Source: Candidatus Dojkabacteria bacterium
GTDB lineage: Bacteria; Patescibacteriota; Dojkabacteria; SC72
Direction of reading: 5' to 3'
Length of the DNA stretch: 64,000 nt
Assembly (NCBI GenBank): GCA_012513575.1
Contig: JAAZBX010000001.1
Span: 10,163 to 74,162 of the forward strand
Both the position numbers and the translations under genes were made by a program. Below, piece by piece: positions 54,464-62,939 of this stretch (position 1 is the first letter of the stretch; each line of letters begins with the position of its first letter). The notes under the pieces were generated by a model. It had not been told where the DNA came from. It worked only from the letters and a program-made list of their open reading frames with translations, and made no database searches.

Positions 54464-56206
54464 ATGGCTAATATAAGAGTAAGTGCTAGTAAAAAGACAA
54501 CAGTTATTATATTACTCCTTCTATTTCTTGTTGTAGGTGGTACAGGTGGATATTTGTTATGGAGGGTTAATCAGGAGAAAGAATTAAGTCCTGGGGAAAG
54601 TGAGGCTGGAAGTAACCAATGCAACTGTTATAAGCCTGGTGAAAGTTGCGGAAGCTTACCAGATTGTAATAATGTAAGTTATCCTATTTCTTGCTATTGT
54701 GTTTATGTGCAAGCAACATGCCCTTTATTACCACTATGTACTCCAGGAGAGGTTCCGCAGTGCACACAAGGCTCTCATTGTACCGAAAAAGTCCATTGTA
54801 TTTGGCCAGAGGTGGCGTATTGTCAAAGCGGTACTTGTATTTGTAAATCTCCACCTAACGGTTGTTATGACACAGAGCCTCAATGTACTCCTCAATGTCC
54901 AGAAGGTTATGAAAAATGCTCAGGAGCTGATTGTACTGGAGAGATAAAAGATGTTGAGTGTAGTCATGATTGTGCAAGTTGTAACAATAGATACTATGTA
55001 AGGGCAAAATGTAAAAAAATTGTTACAAATACCTGTGGCGATGGTAATAAGGGTGGTAGTGAGGCTTGTGATCCTCCTGGATCTGTATGTACAGCTGCAA
55101 GTGGGAAACAGAGTACATGTTCTTCTACATGTACATGTCCTGAACCTGCCAATATTTGTGGTGATGGGAATAAAGCAGGAGACGAGGCTTGTGATCCTCC
55201 AGGATCTACATGCACAACGGCAAGTGGTAAAGAGGGTACATGCTCTTCTACATGTACATGTCCTGAGCCTCCTGTTGGAAATATATGTGATGCACAGGGC
55301 GCCAAATGGGTAACTCAGCCACCCAGTAGGGTAGAATTCGGCAAACCAATATCTTTTGAATATATTACTGGCGACACTGATGGGGTACAAAATGTAAATA
55401 TAATTGTAAAACTTGATGGGACATCTGTTCCAGTAACAAAAATTCCTGCAACAGACAATGCTCCTAATATTACGGTTAAAGGAACTTTAAATGGTAGTGA
55501 AGGTGTCTTAAGTCCTGGGAACCATAAACTTGAAATATCTTGGAATGACATTAAAGGTGCAGGAGGTCTTCCTTGCTATGCATACAGTATGATTACAGTT
55601 TTGCCTGAAAATCCAGAGTGGGATATTGAGAAAAAAGCATTACAAACATGCGTAAATGACTGGACGGAAAATCCAACTTCAAATCTAACATATACAGTTA
55701 CCATTACAAACACAAATACTGGTTCTGGAGCTGGAACAATCACAAGTATTCTTGACACTTTAGATCCTAAAGTAGATTCAACCAAGGTAACAAATATTTC
55801 AAATGGAGGGGTAATTTCCAATGGCAAAATTGTTTGGAATTTAACATCTCCATTATCTGATTTTGATCCTGGGGAATCGAAATCCTTTACATATTCGATA
55901 AGTGTAAACAAAGAATCCTTTGGAATATATGAGAATACTGTAGTTGCAACCCCCGACATCTCTAGTGGGGATTCTTCCAACTTAGAGGCATCTGTGAATA
56001 TTGAAGCAAGATGTAATGTTCCTGGAGAACCTGTTCAACCAGATACTGGGCTTTTTGATGACTCCAAAAATATTGTAATTTTGGGAGCGGCATTACTCTT
56101 TGCAGGTTTAGGGTGGTCATGGATTACTGATTCCTTCGGTACTATGAAACAGAAAATCTCGTACGAAAGTAAAGCAAGATTCGAAAAAAGAGTATCAAAA
56201 AGATAG
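54464..56206 (+). CDS. paralogous cell-surface protein with Cys-rich 'CGDGNK..EACDPPGS' tandem repeats and the same N-terminal and C-terminal sorting modules
   Basis: N-terminal 'MANIRVSASKK...GGTGGYLLWRVNQE'. Numerous Cys. Two 41-aa tandem repeats. C-terminal 'VQPDTGLFDDSKNIVILGAALLFAGLGWSWIT...KRVSKR'. Confidence 0.6.
   Translation: MANIRVSASKKTTVIILLLLFLVVGGTGGYLLWRVNQEKELSPGESEAGSNQCNCYKPGESCGSLPDCNNVSYPISCYCVYVQATCPLLPLCTPGEVPQCTQGSHCTEKVHCIWPEVAYCQSGTCICKSPPNGCYDTEPQCTPQCPEGYEKCSGADCTGEIKDVECSHDCASCNNRYYVRAKCKKIVTNTCGDGNKGGSEACDPPGSVCTAASGKQSTCSSTCTCPEPANICGDGNKAGDEACDPPGSTCTTASGKEGTCSSTCTCPEPPVGNICDAQGAKWVTQPPSRVEFGKPISFEYITGDTDGVQNVNIIVKLDGTSVPVTKIPATDNAPNITVKGTLNGSEGVLSPGNHKLEISWNDIKGAGGLPCYAYSMITVLPENPEWDIEKKALQTCVNDWTENPTSNLTYTVTITNTNTGSGAGTITSILDTLDPKVDSTKVTNISNGGVISNGKIVWNLTSPLSDFDPGESKSFTYSISVNKESFGIYENTVVATPDISSGDSSNLEASVNIEARCNVPGEPVQPDTGLFDDSKNIVILGAALLFAGLGWSWITDSFGTMKQKISYESKARFEKRVSKR
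55034..55285 (+). repeat. tandem direct repeat (2 units of about 123 and 129 nt) encoding the Cys-rich module inside the surface-protein gene
   Basis: Units begin at 55034 and 55157 (tgtggcgatgg... / tgtggtgatggg...), near-identical. They generate spurious ORFs on both strands in the ORF track. Confidence 0.8.
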
Positions 56207-56263
56207 TAAAATTTTTACATAGTGTGGTATAATCACCCTTAGTATTATTTAAAGGAGGTAAAT

Positions 56264-56464
56264 ATGTCAGTTATAGTACATTCTAATGAAAATATAGATA
56301 GTGCCCTCAAAAGACTTCACAGAGAAGTATTGAGAGAAAAAATCTTAGAAACATACAAGAACAAAGCTTACAGAATAAGAGAAGCAGATCTTGATATTGC
56401 CAAAAGAAAAGAATGGGCAAAAAGAAAAAGAAGAAGAAGGGCTGCCGCAAGAAGAGCTAGATAA
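56264..56464 (+). CDS. rpsU: 30S ribosomal protein S21
   Basis: 'SALKRLHREVLREKILETYKNKAYRIREADLDIAKRKEWAKRKRRRR' matches the S21 family. Confidence 0.85.
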   Translation: MSVIVHSNENIDSALKRLHREVLREKILETYKNKAYRIREADLDIAKRKEWAKRKRRRRAAARRAR

Positions 56465-56480
56465 TTTCATCTAAATCAAA

Positions 56481-56924
56481 ATGTCGCTAATAGATACTTT
56501 TAGAAAAGACATGATTTCTGCAACAAAAGATGGAAATACTGACAAGCTAGATATACTGAAATTAGCCTTAGCTTCAATGATAAATGCTCAAAAAGCTGCA
56601 AGCGAGGAGCTAAAGGATGTAGATTTTGAAAAAATCCTAAAAAAAGAAGTAAAAAAAGTTAAAGATTCCATTGTGCAGTTTTCTGCGATAGGAAGGATGG
56701 AGCTTGCCAACAGGGAAAAGAGACAACTTGAAGTATTGGAATCATATTTACCCAAAGAGATGTCTTCTGAAGATGTAGCTAAAATTGTGAAGCGAATAAT
56801 CTCTGCAATTAAGCCAGAAGGCTCTAAAGATATGGGTAGGGTTATGGGTGTGGTAATGAAAGAAGTCGCAGGTAGGGCTGATGGGAATATTGTCAAAGAG
56901 ATTGTATTGGAGCATCTAAAATAA
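56481..56924 (+). CDS. GatB/YqeY-domain protein
   Basis: 147 aa. The 'LKLALASMINAQKA...' helical family commonly sits next to rpsU. Confidence 0.65.
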   Translation: MSLIDTFRKDMISATKDGNTDKLDILKLALASMINAQKAASEELKDVDFEKILKKEVKKVKDSIVQFSAIGRMELANREKRQLEVLESYLPKEMSSEDVAKIVKRIISAIKPEGSKDMGRVMGVVMKEVAGRADGNIVKEIVLEHLK

Positions 56925-56926
56925 CT

Positions 56927-57406
56927 ATGATTTTAGAAATTTCAAATTGGAGTATTCTGAAGAAAGCGGTATCTGAAGCGTCTTTTACTAAGGGGGTTTT
57001 AGAAAATATTCTTGAGAAGCATTTTTTTGAGTACAACTTCTCCAGCCTGGGTATAATATTTGTTTCTGAGCAGTATATTCGAGACATAAACAGTCAGTAC
57101 AGAGGGGTAGATTCTGTTACAGATGTGTTATCCTTTGGGCTTGGAACAAAGCCTTTTATGGGGGAGGTGTATATTTGCCCCCAATATATTAAGAATAAAA
57201 TCCACCCAGATTTCCTTAAAGAGGAGATAATTAGAGATGTCGTTCATGGAGTTCTTCATATTTTGGGTTATGATCATAAAGGAGAATTTTCTGAAAAAAA
57301 TATTCAAGACGAAATGTTTGTAAAACAGGAAGATATATTGCACAATATACTAGATGAAATTAATAACAGGTCTGGGAAATCCAGGAGAAAAATATCAAAA
57401 GAGTAG
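56927..57406 (+). CDS. ybeY: rRNA maturation endoribonuclease YbeY
   Basis: 'VVHGVLHILGYDH' zinc-binding H3xH5xH motif. Confidence 0.85.
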   Translation: MILEISNWSILKKAVSEASFTKGVLENILEKHFFEYNFSSLGIIFVSEQYIRDINSQYRGVDSVTDVLSFGLGTKPFMGEVYICPQYIKNKIHPDFLKEEIIRDVVHGVLHILGYDHKGEFSEKNIQDEMFVKQEDILHNILDEINNRSGKSRRKISKE

Positions 57407-57917
57407 GCATAATGTGGGTTTTCTTGTTGTAGAGAGATTAAGAGAACGTTTCCTTTTCCAAAAGAATTTCACGGTAACAGATTGGGAAGAGGAATCAACA
57501 TTTATGTCGGAATTGGCCTTCCTAAAACAAGGTTCTAAGGTTTTAGTTATCTTTCAGAAGCCTTTAACTTACATGAACAACTCTGGGCAGGCAGTAAGTA
57601 AAGTTGTTAAGAAGTATGGGATTGAAAATTTAGAAAAAAATTTCATTCTTTTGCATGACGATTTAGATATTTCGCTTGGTAAATTCAAGATCCAAAAAAC
57701 TAAATCCCCAAAAGGGCACAATGGTGTTAAAGATGTAGAAGATATGCTAAAGAGTAACAAATTCCAAAGAGTAAGAATTGGTATTGAAAGTAGATTAGAT
57801 AAAAATATTTCTGGGGATGAGTATGTGTTAAAGAAATTCTCAAAAGATGAGCAAATAATTCTTGGGGAAGTAATAGAGGATGTAGTAAATACAATACTCG
57901 CAGAAATTCTTCTTTAG
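57354..57917 (+). CDS. pth: peptidyl-tRNA hydrolase
   Basis: 'MKLITGLGNPGEKYQKSRHNVGFLVVERL' matches the Pth family N-terminus. Confidence 0.9.
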   Translation: MKLITGLGNPGEKYQKSRHNVGFLVVERLRERFLFQKNFTVTDWEEESTFMSELAFLKQGSKVLVIFQKPLTYMNNSGQAVSKVVKKYGIENLEKNFILLHDDLDISLGKFKIQKTKSPKGHNGVKDVEDMLKSNKFQRVRIGIESRLDKNISGDEYVLKKFSKDEQIILGEVIEDVVNTILAEILL

Positions 57918-57927
57918 TTTCAATTAG

Positions 57928-60333
57928 ATGGATAGTATTAGTGAAAAATTTGTCTCAAAGTGCAAAGGGCTGAGGTCCCTAATTCTTGATAAAAAGTCTG
58001 TCACAGGTATTGATAAAGAGTATTTGGAATTTTCGGCTGAATTGCTTGGTTTAATCCTCAATGATGTAGTTTGGCTTTCAACGACTCCTGAGAAAGATAG
58101 TGAAGAGAACATAAAAGAAATAGGAGTTGGAGAAAAATTTGATATAAAAATTCTTGAGGATTTAGGATATTGCAGAGTTGAAAGAGTATGGGAGGTGGGA
58201 GAGTACTCTGTTTTAGGTGATGTGATTGTTGTTTGGCCTTTTAGTATGAAGAATATATTAAGAATTAGTCTTTTTGGGAACAATATTGAAAGTATTGATA
58301 TTGTTGAGAGTTCAACCCGAAAGAAAATTGAAAGTGTTAAAAGAAGAATTTTAGTTGATTCTTCTACTACATTATTAATTGGGAATGAAGAAGCAGAGCA
58401 TAGGACAAAGATTTCTTTTAAGGAGGGATTAGGGCTTGGAGAGGAGGAGGCTGTCAATCTTGGGATTCGAACTATCCCAGGAATGGAAGTATATTCATCT
58501 GTCCATGCAACTAAGGAAATTGTAAACAATTTTAAAAACAGAGGATATGAGATTATATATATATCAAGTAATTTAGATAGATATGAACTTGAGGTTGAGA
58601 AGTCATTAAAAAACTCTTTTGATATGATATTTTTAGCAAATGGGAGGTACAAGGATATCATAAAAAGAGGTTTTCTCTTTAATTCTGTTAAACTTCTTGT
58701 GTTAACGGACATGGAAGTTTTGGGAGAGCTTGATTTGTCAGATTTCTGGGAGAAAAATAGGAATATTGATCCAGGATCAATAGAAATTCTTAAAAAGATA
58801 ATTCCAGGGGATTATGTAGTTCATGAGGATCATGGGATAGGAAAGTTCGTTGATTTGCAACTTAAAGAGGGTGGGTATTACATACAGATTGCATATGCTG
58901 GTAGTGATAAGCTTTTTGTTCCCTTGAGTGCATCCCAAAAGATAACAAAATATATTGGAGCAGGGAGGGCGAAACCAATTTTAACAGGTTTGAATAGTGG
59001 AAGCTGGAGAAGAATATCACAAAAAGCTAGAGAAAGGGCAGAGGATATCGCTAAAGAGCTAATTCAGCTCTATGCTCTTCGAGAGACTGTTGAGGTAAAT
59101 GCAGTACTCTCTAATGAAGAAGATTTGGCAGATTTCAATACGTTTGTAGAAAGATTTGAATACAAGGATACAGATGATCAGTATATTGCAACTAGTCATT
59201 TGGTTAAGGATCTTCAGAAAGGAAAACCTTTGGATAGGTTGCTTGTCGGTGATGTGGGGTATGGAAAGACCGAAATTGCAATGAGGGCAATGTATGCAGT
59301 AGTTAATGCAGGATTCCAAGCAGCTCTTCTTGCCCCAACCACAATCTTGGTTCAACAACATTATGCAGTGTTAAAAAAGCGTTTCGAAGGTACAGCGATA
59401 ACCATTAAAGCTCTATCAAGATTAATTTCAAGTAAACAACGAGAAGATATTTGGGAAGGGTTAAAAAGGGGGAGTGTTGATATCATTGTTGGTACACAGG
59501 CACTTCTTAATGAAGAAATTCAGTTTAAAGATTTGGGATTACTTGTAGTCGATGAGGAACAGAAATTTGGGGTGAAACAGAAAGAGAAGATTAAGAGGAA
59601 GAAGTTAAATGCAAATGTTCTCTCCTTAACCGCCACTCCAATACCTAGGACATTAAACATGGCTTTGATGGGGATTCGGGATATTTCTGTACTTTCGACA
59701 CCTCCATCAGGGAGAAGGGAGATTCAGAATCACTTTGGGAAGTTTGATTGGGACAAAGTTCATGAAATTATCACAAAGGAGTTGAATAGAGGAGGTCAGG
59801 TTTACTTCCTTCATAACCGAGTTGAAACGATTCAGAATATTTATGATAAATTGGACAAGTTGTTCCCTCAAGCAAAAGTAAAGGTAATTCATGGGCAGAT
59901 GGGTGTTCAAACTTTATCTGAAAATATGCAAAGTTTTGTAGAGGGGGATGCGAAAATATTGCTTTGTACAACGATAATTGAGAATGGCTTAGACATTCCG
60001 AATGTGAATACACTTATAGTGGATGATGCAACAATGTTAGGACTTGCACAGATGTATCAAATAAGGGGAAGAATTGGGAGGTCAGAAAAGCAAGCCTATG
60101 CTTATTTCTTATATAATTCACTTAAGGGGAATTCTGCCTTAAGATTAGAAGCGTTAAAAAATTCTCAGGAGTTAGGTTCTGGTTTTTTGCTCTCAAATAG
60201 AGATTTGGAAATAAGAGGGGCTGGAGATATTCTCGGGAAAAATCAATCTGGGGCTATTAATTCCGTAGGTTATGGGCTTTATACTCAAATGCTCTCAGAT
60301 GCAGTGGAAAAAATCAAAAGATTGGGTAAATAA
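57928..60333 (+). CDS. mfd: transcription-repair coupling factor Mfd, compact form (801 aa) lacking the C-terminal D7 region
   Basis: UvrB-homology motif 'GEYSVLGDVIVVWPF...ISLFGNNIESIDIV'. Superfamily-2 translocase motifs 'GDVGYGKTEIAMRA', 'DEEQKFG', 'QIRGRIGRSEKQAYAYF'. The protein ends shortly after the TRG-like 'LEIRGAGDILGKNQSG'. Confidence 0.75.
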   Translation: MDSISEKFVSKCKGLRSLILDKKSVTGIDKEYLEFSAELLGLILNDVVWLSTTPEKDSEENIKEIGVGEKFDIKILEDLGYCRVERVWEVGEYSVLGDVIVVWPFSMKNILRISLFGNNIESIDIVESSTRKKIESVKRRILVDSSTTLLIGNEEAEHRTKISFKEGLGLGEEEAVNLGIRTIPGMEVYSSVHATKEIVNNFKNRGYEIIYISSNLDRYELEVEKSLKNSFDMIFLANGRYKDIIKRGFLFNSVKLLVLTDMEVLGELDLSDFWEKNRNIDPGSIEILKKIIPGDYVVHEDHGIGKFVDLQLKEGGYYIQIAYAGSDKLFVPLSASQKITKYIGAGRAKPILTGLNSGSWRRISQKARERAEDIAKELIQLYALRETVEVNAVLSNEEDLADFNTFVERFEYKDTDDQYIATSHLVKDLQKGKPLDRLLVGDVGYGKTEIAMRAMYAVVNAGFQAALLAPTTILVQQHYAVLKKRFEGTAITIKALSRLISSKQREDIWEGLKRGSVDIIVGTQALLNEEIQFKDLGLLVVDEEQKFGVKQKEKIKRKKLNANVLSLTATPIPRTLNMALMGIRDISVLSTPPSGRREIQNHFGKFDWDKVHEIITKELNRGGQVYFLHNRVETIQNIYDKLDKLFPQAKVKVIHGQMGVQTLSENMQSFVEGDAKILLCTTIIENGLDIPNVNTLIVDDATMLGLAQMYQIRGRIGRSEKQAYAYFLYNSLKGNSALRLEALKNSQELGSGFLLSNRDLEIRGAGDILGKNQSGAINSVGYGLYTQMLSDAVEKIKRLGK

Positions 60334-60375
60334 TTTTCTCTTGGCAAACTTTTCGAATTGAACTAACATATAAAC

Positions 60376-61935
60376 ATGTCCTCAGTACTATATCAAAAAT
60401 ATAGGTCTCAGAATTTTGACCAAATTATAGGTCAAGAAAATGTAACAAAGCTCCTTAAGAACGCTATTAAAAAAGATCAGCTAGCTCATGCATATCTTTT
60501 TGTTGGATCTAGGGGTACTGGGAAGACTTCTACAGCGAGGATATTAGCTAAAGCAGTAAACTGTACTAATATTCAGAAAGACGGAAATCCTTGTCTTGAA
60601 TGTGAGCATTGCAAAGCCATTGCGAATGGGACTTTTTTAGATCTGATGGAGATAGATGCCGCATCCAATCGAGGGATTGATCAGATTAGGGAGCTAAAGG
60701 AAAGAATTGAATTTTCCCCAAGTGAGGGCAAATACAAGGTATATATCATTGATGAGGTGCATATGTTAACTACAGAGGCTTTTAATGCTCTTCTTAAAAC
60801 TCTTGAAGAACCCCCAGCACATGTGATTTTCATTTTGGCAACGACAGATGTTCATAAATTGCCACCAACGATTCTTTCAAGATGTCAAAGGTATGATTTT
60901 AGATTGGGTACAGACAAAGAGGTAAAAGAGTTAATCCAAGCAATTTGCAAAGAAGAGAAAATTAAAATTCAAGATGAAGCACTAGATATAGTTGTACAAA
61001 ATGCTAAGGGAAGTTACAGAGATGCTCTCTCACTGATGGATGTAGTATATAGTGGGCAAGAGCAAAGTAAGTCCGAGATTACTCTTGATGAGGTAAGGAA
61101 GACTTTAGGGCTTCCAGATTCTGAAAAGGTAATTTTACTTCTTTCAAGCTTAGTGAGTGGTGATGGAGGGAAGGCGTTAGAGATTATTGAAGGGTTGGAG
61201 TCCAGTGGTTTGAATTTACAACAATTTACAGCCTATATACTTGACACTTTAAGAAGAATTTTTACAGCAAAGATTAAAGGAACGATTGAGAAGGAATACT
61301 CATATATTAAAGATATTGATATTCGAGAATTGCATAAATTAATTAATCTTTTCTTAGAGGCCGAAAACAGGATAAGGTATGCAAATAATCAGGCACTTGT
61401 TTTAGAAATGATTATTCCAGAGATGATGAAACCTAATGTTCAAAGTGATGTTAAAATTGTAAATAGAGATGTAAAAAAAAGAATTTCAGTAGTTGAAGAA
61501 CCAAAAGAAAAAGTGGTACAAAGAGAGTGTGTTAAACAGGTCTCTCTGGATGAAATAAACAGTAAATGGGAGAGTTTTATTGAGGAGATTCGTCCTTTTA
61601 ATCACCACCTGTACGCATTTGTTGGAGCTGCCCACATTATCTCTTTTGAGAATGGGATATTACATATAGAAGTTCCTTTCTCTTTTCACAAGGAAAGGAT
61701 AGAAATCCCCAAGAGTAAAAATATTATCTCTGAAGTATTTACTAAGGTGTATGGAGTTCCTTGTAATATTGAATGCGATGTGAATTCTGCGATGAAACCC
61801 ATTGAGAAGGCTGATGCGGAGACTGTTTTGAAAAATCTTCCAACTCCCAAACCCTCAGAGAAATCAAAAAGAAATTTTAAACCTAGAGGAAGCTCTAAGA
61901 TTAATGATATAGAGGCCATCTTTGAAGGTGTTTAG
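60376..61935 (+). CDS. dnaX: DNA polymerase III subunit gamma/tau
   Basis: 'YRSQNFDQIIGQENV...AYLFVGSRGTGKTSTARILAKAVNC', zinc module 'CLECEHC', SRC motif 'LSRCQRYDF'. Confidence 0.9.
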   Translation: MSSVLYQKYRSQNFDQIIGQENVTKLLKNAIKKDQLAHAYLFVGSRGTGKTSTARILAKAVNCTNIQKDGNPCLECEHCKAIANGTFLDLMEIDAASNRGIDQIRELKERIEFSPSEGKYKVYIIDEVHMLTTEAFNALLKTLEEPPAHVIFILATTDVHKLPPTILSRCQRYDFRLGTDKEVKELIQAICKEEKIKIQDEALDIVVQNAKGSYRDALSLMDVVYSGQEQSKSEITLDEVRKTLGLPDSEKVILLLSSLVSGDGGKALEIIEGLESSGLNLQQFTAYILDTLRRIFTAKIKGTIEKEYSYIKDIDIRELHKLINLFLEAENRIRYANNQALVLEMIIPEMMKPNVQSDVKIVNRDVKKRISVVEEPKEKVVQRECVKQVSLDEINSKWESFIEEIRPFNHHLYAFVGAAHIISFENGILHIEVPFSFHKERIEIPKSKNIISEVFTKVYGVPCNIECDVNSAMKPIEKADAETVLKNLPTPKPSEKSKRNFKPRGSSKINDIEAIFEGV

Positions 61936-62008
61936 GTTTTTTTGGACCTGTGCTTCCTTTCACTTTGTAGTATAATAATATTCATTTAATTTTGATCGAA
62001 TATATTGT

Positions 62009-62308
62009 ATGGGAATCGGAAATCCAGTCGAATTGCTTAAAATGCAAAGTGAGGCCAAAAAAATGCAAAACAAGTTAAGAGAAAGAAAGATAAAAGGAGA
62101 GTCAAAGAATGGTATGGTACGAATATATATGAATGGAGCTCAGGAATTTGAAGATATTTATATTGATGATGCGTATCTTGATCCTGATATGTCTGATGAA
62201 ATAAAGAAAGGTATGAAGGAAGCTTTCAAGGATTATCAGAAGAAACTTCAAAAGGAGATGATTCAAGATGTTGATTTAGATCAGTTAAAAAGTATGTTTG
62301 GAAAGTAA
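62009..62308 (+). CDS. ybaB: nucleoid-associated protein YbaB/EbfC
   Basis: 99 aa; 'LLKMQSEAKKMQNKLRE...' in the canonical dnaX-ybaB-recR arrangement. Confidence 0.85.
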   Translation: MGIGNPVELLKMQSEAKKMQNKLRERKIKGESKNGMVRIYMNGAQEFEDIYIDDAYLDPDMSDEIKKGMKEAFKDYQKKLQKEMIQDVDLDQLKSMFGK

Positions 62309-62315
62309 GTAAAAT

Positions 62316-62939
62316 ATGTCTGTATTACCAAAAAGCGTAGAAAAAGTAATAGATGAGTTTAGTAGATTACCCGGGGTAGGTCCTAAATCTGCTTCTAGAA
62401 TGGCTTATCACTATCTTAGATCGCCGAACAAAGATGCTACCAAACTTGCAAATGCACTTATCCAAATGGAGGATAGTGTGAAAAATTGTAAGAAATGCTT
62501 CAATGTCGCAGAGGAAGAGGAGTGTAATATCTGTTCAAGTCCATTAAGAAAAAAAGACAGAATCTGTGTTGTAGAAGAACCTTTAGATGTTGTTGCTTTT
62601 GAAAATTCAGGAGTATATGACGGAGTCTATTTTGTACTTGGGGGGGTGATTTCTCCAGCTGATGGGATTACTTCTGAGGAATTAAGGTTTAAGGAACTAA
62701 AGAATCGTGTCCAAGAATTATTATCTGATGCTAATACTCTTGAAGTTATTATTGCCACAAATCCAAGTCTGGAAGGGGAGGCCACAGCCAGCTATATATA
62801 TGATCTGTTCAAAAATCTTCTAAAAGAGGGTAAACTTAAGTTAACAAGATTGGCGATGGGTCTGCCTACTGGTGCAGATTTGGAGTATGCTGACAGATTA
62901 ACTTTAAAAAAGGCACTAGAGGGAAGGAGAAATATTTAA
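62316..62939 (+). CDS. recR: recombination protein RecR
   Basis: HhH 'LPGVGPKSASRMAYHYL', C4 zinc finger 'CKKCFNVAEEEECNICS', Toprim domain. Confidence 0.9.
   Translation: MSVLPKSVEKVIDEFSRLPGVGPKSASRMAYHYLRSPNKDATKLANALIQMEDSVKNCKKCFNVAEEEECNICSSPLRKKDRICVVEEPLDVVAFENSGVYDGVYFVLGGVISPADGITSEELRFKELKNRVQELLSDANTLEVIIATNPSLEGEATASYIYDLFKNLLKEGKLKLTRLAMGLPTGADLEYADRLTLKKALEGRRNI

Noticed and set aside
54699-55980. Several ORFs on both strands (54699-54947, 54920-55390, 54994-55305, 55020-55313, 55315-55551, 55576-55980) inside the Cys-rich surface-protein gene
   Set aside because: They are generated by the GC-richer tandem repeat. The sense frame gives a coherent secreted Cys-repeat protein with signal and sorting modules.
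57924-58712. 262-aa minus-strand ORF at the start of mfd
   Set aside because: It is antisense to mfd and is a low-complexity shadow ORF.
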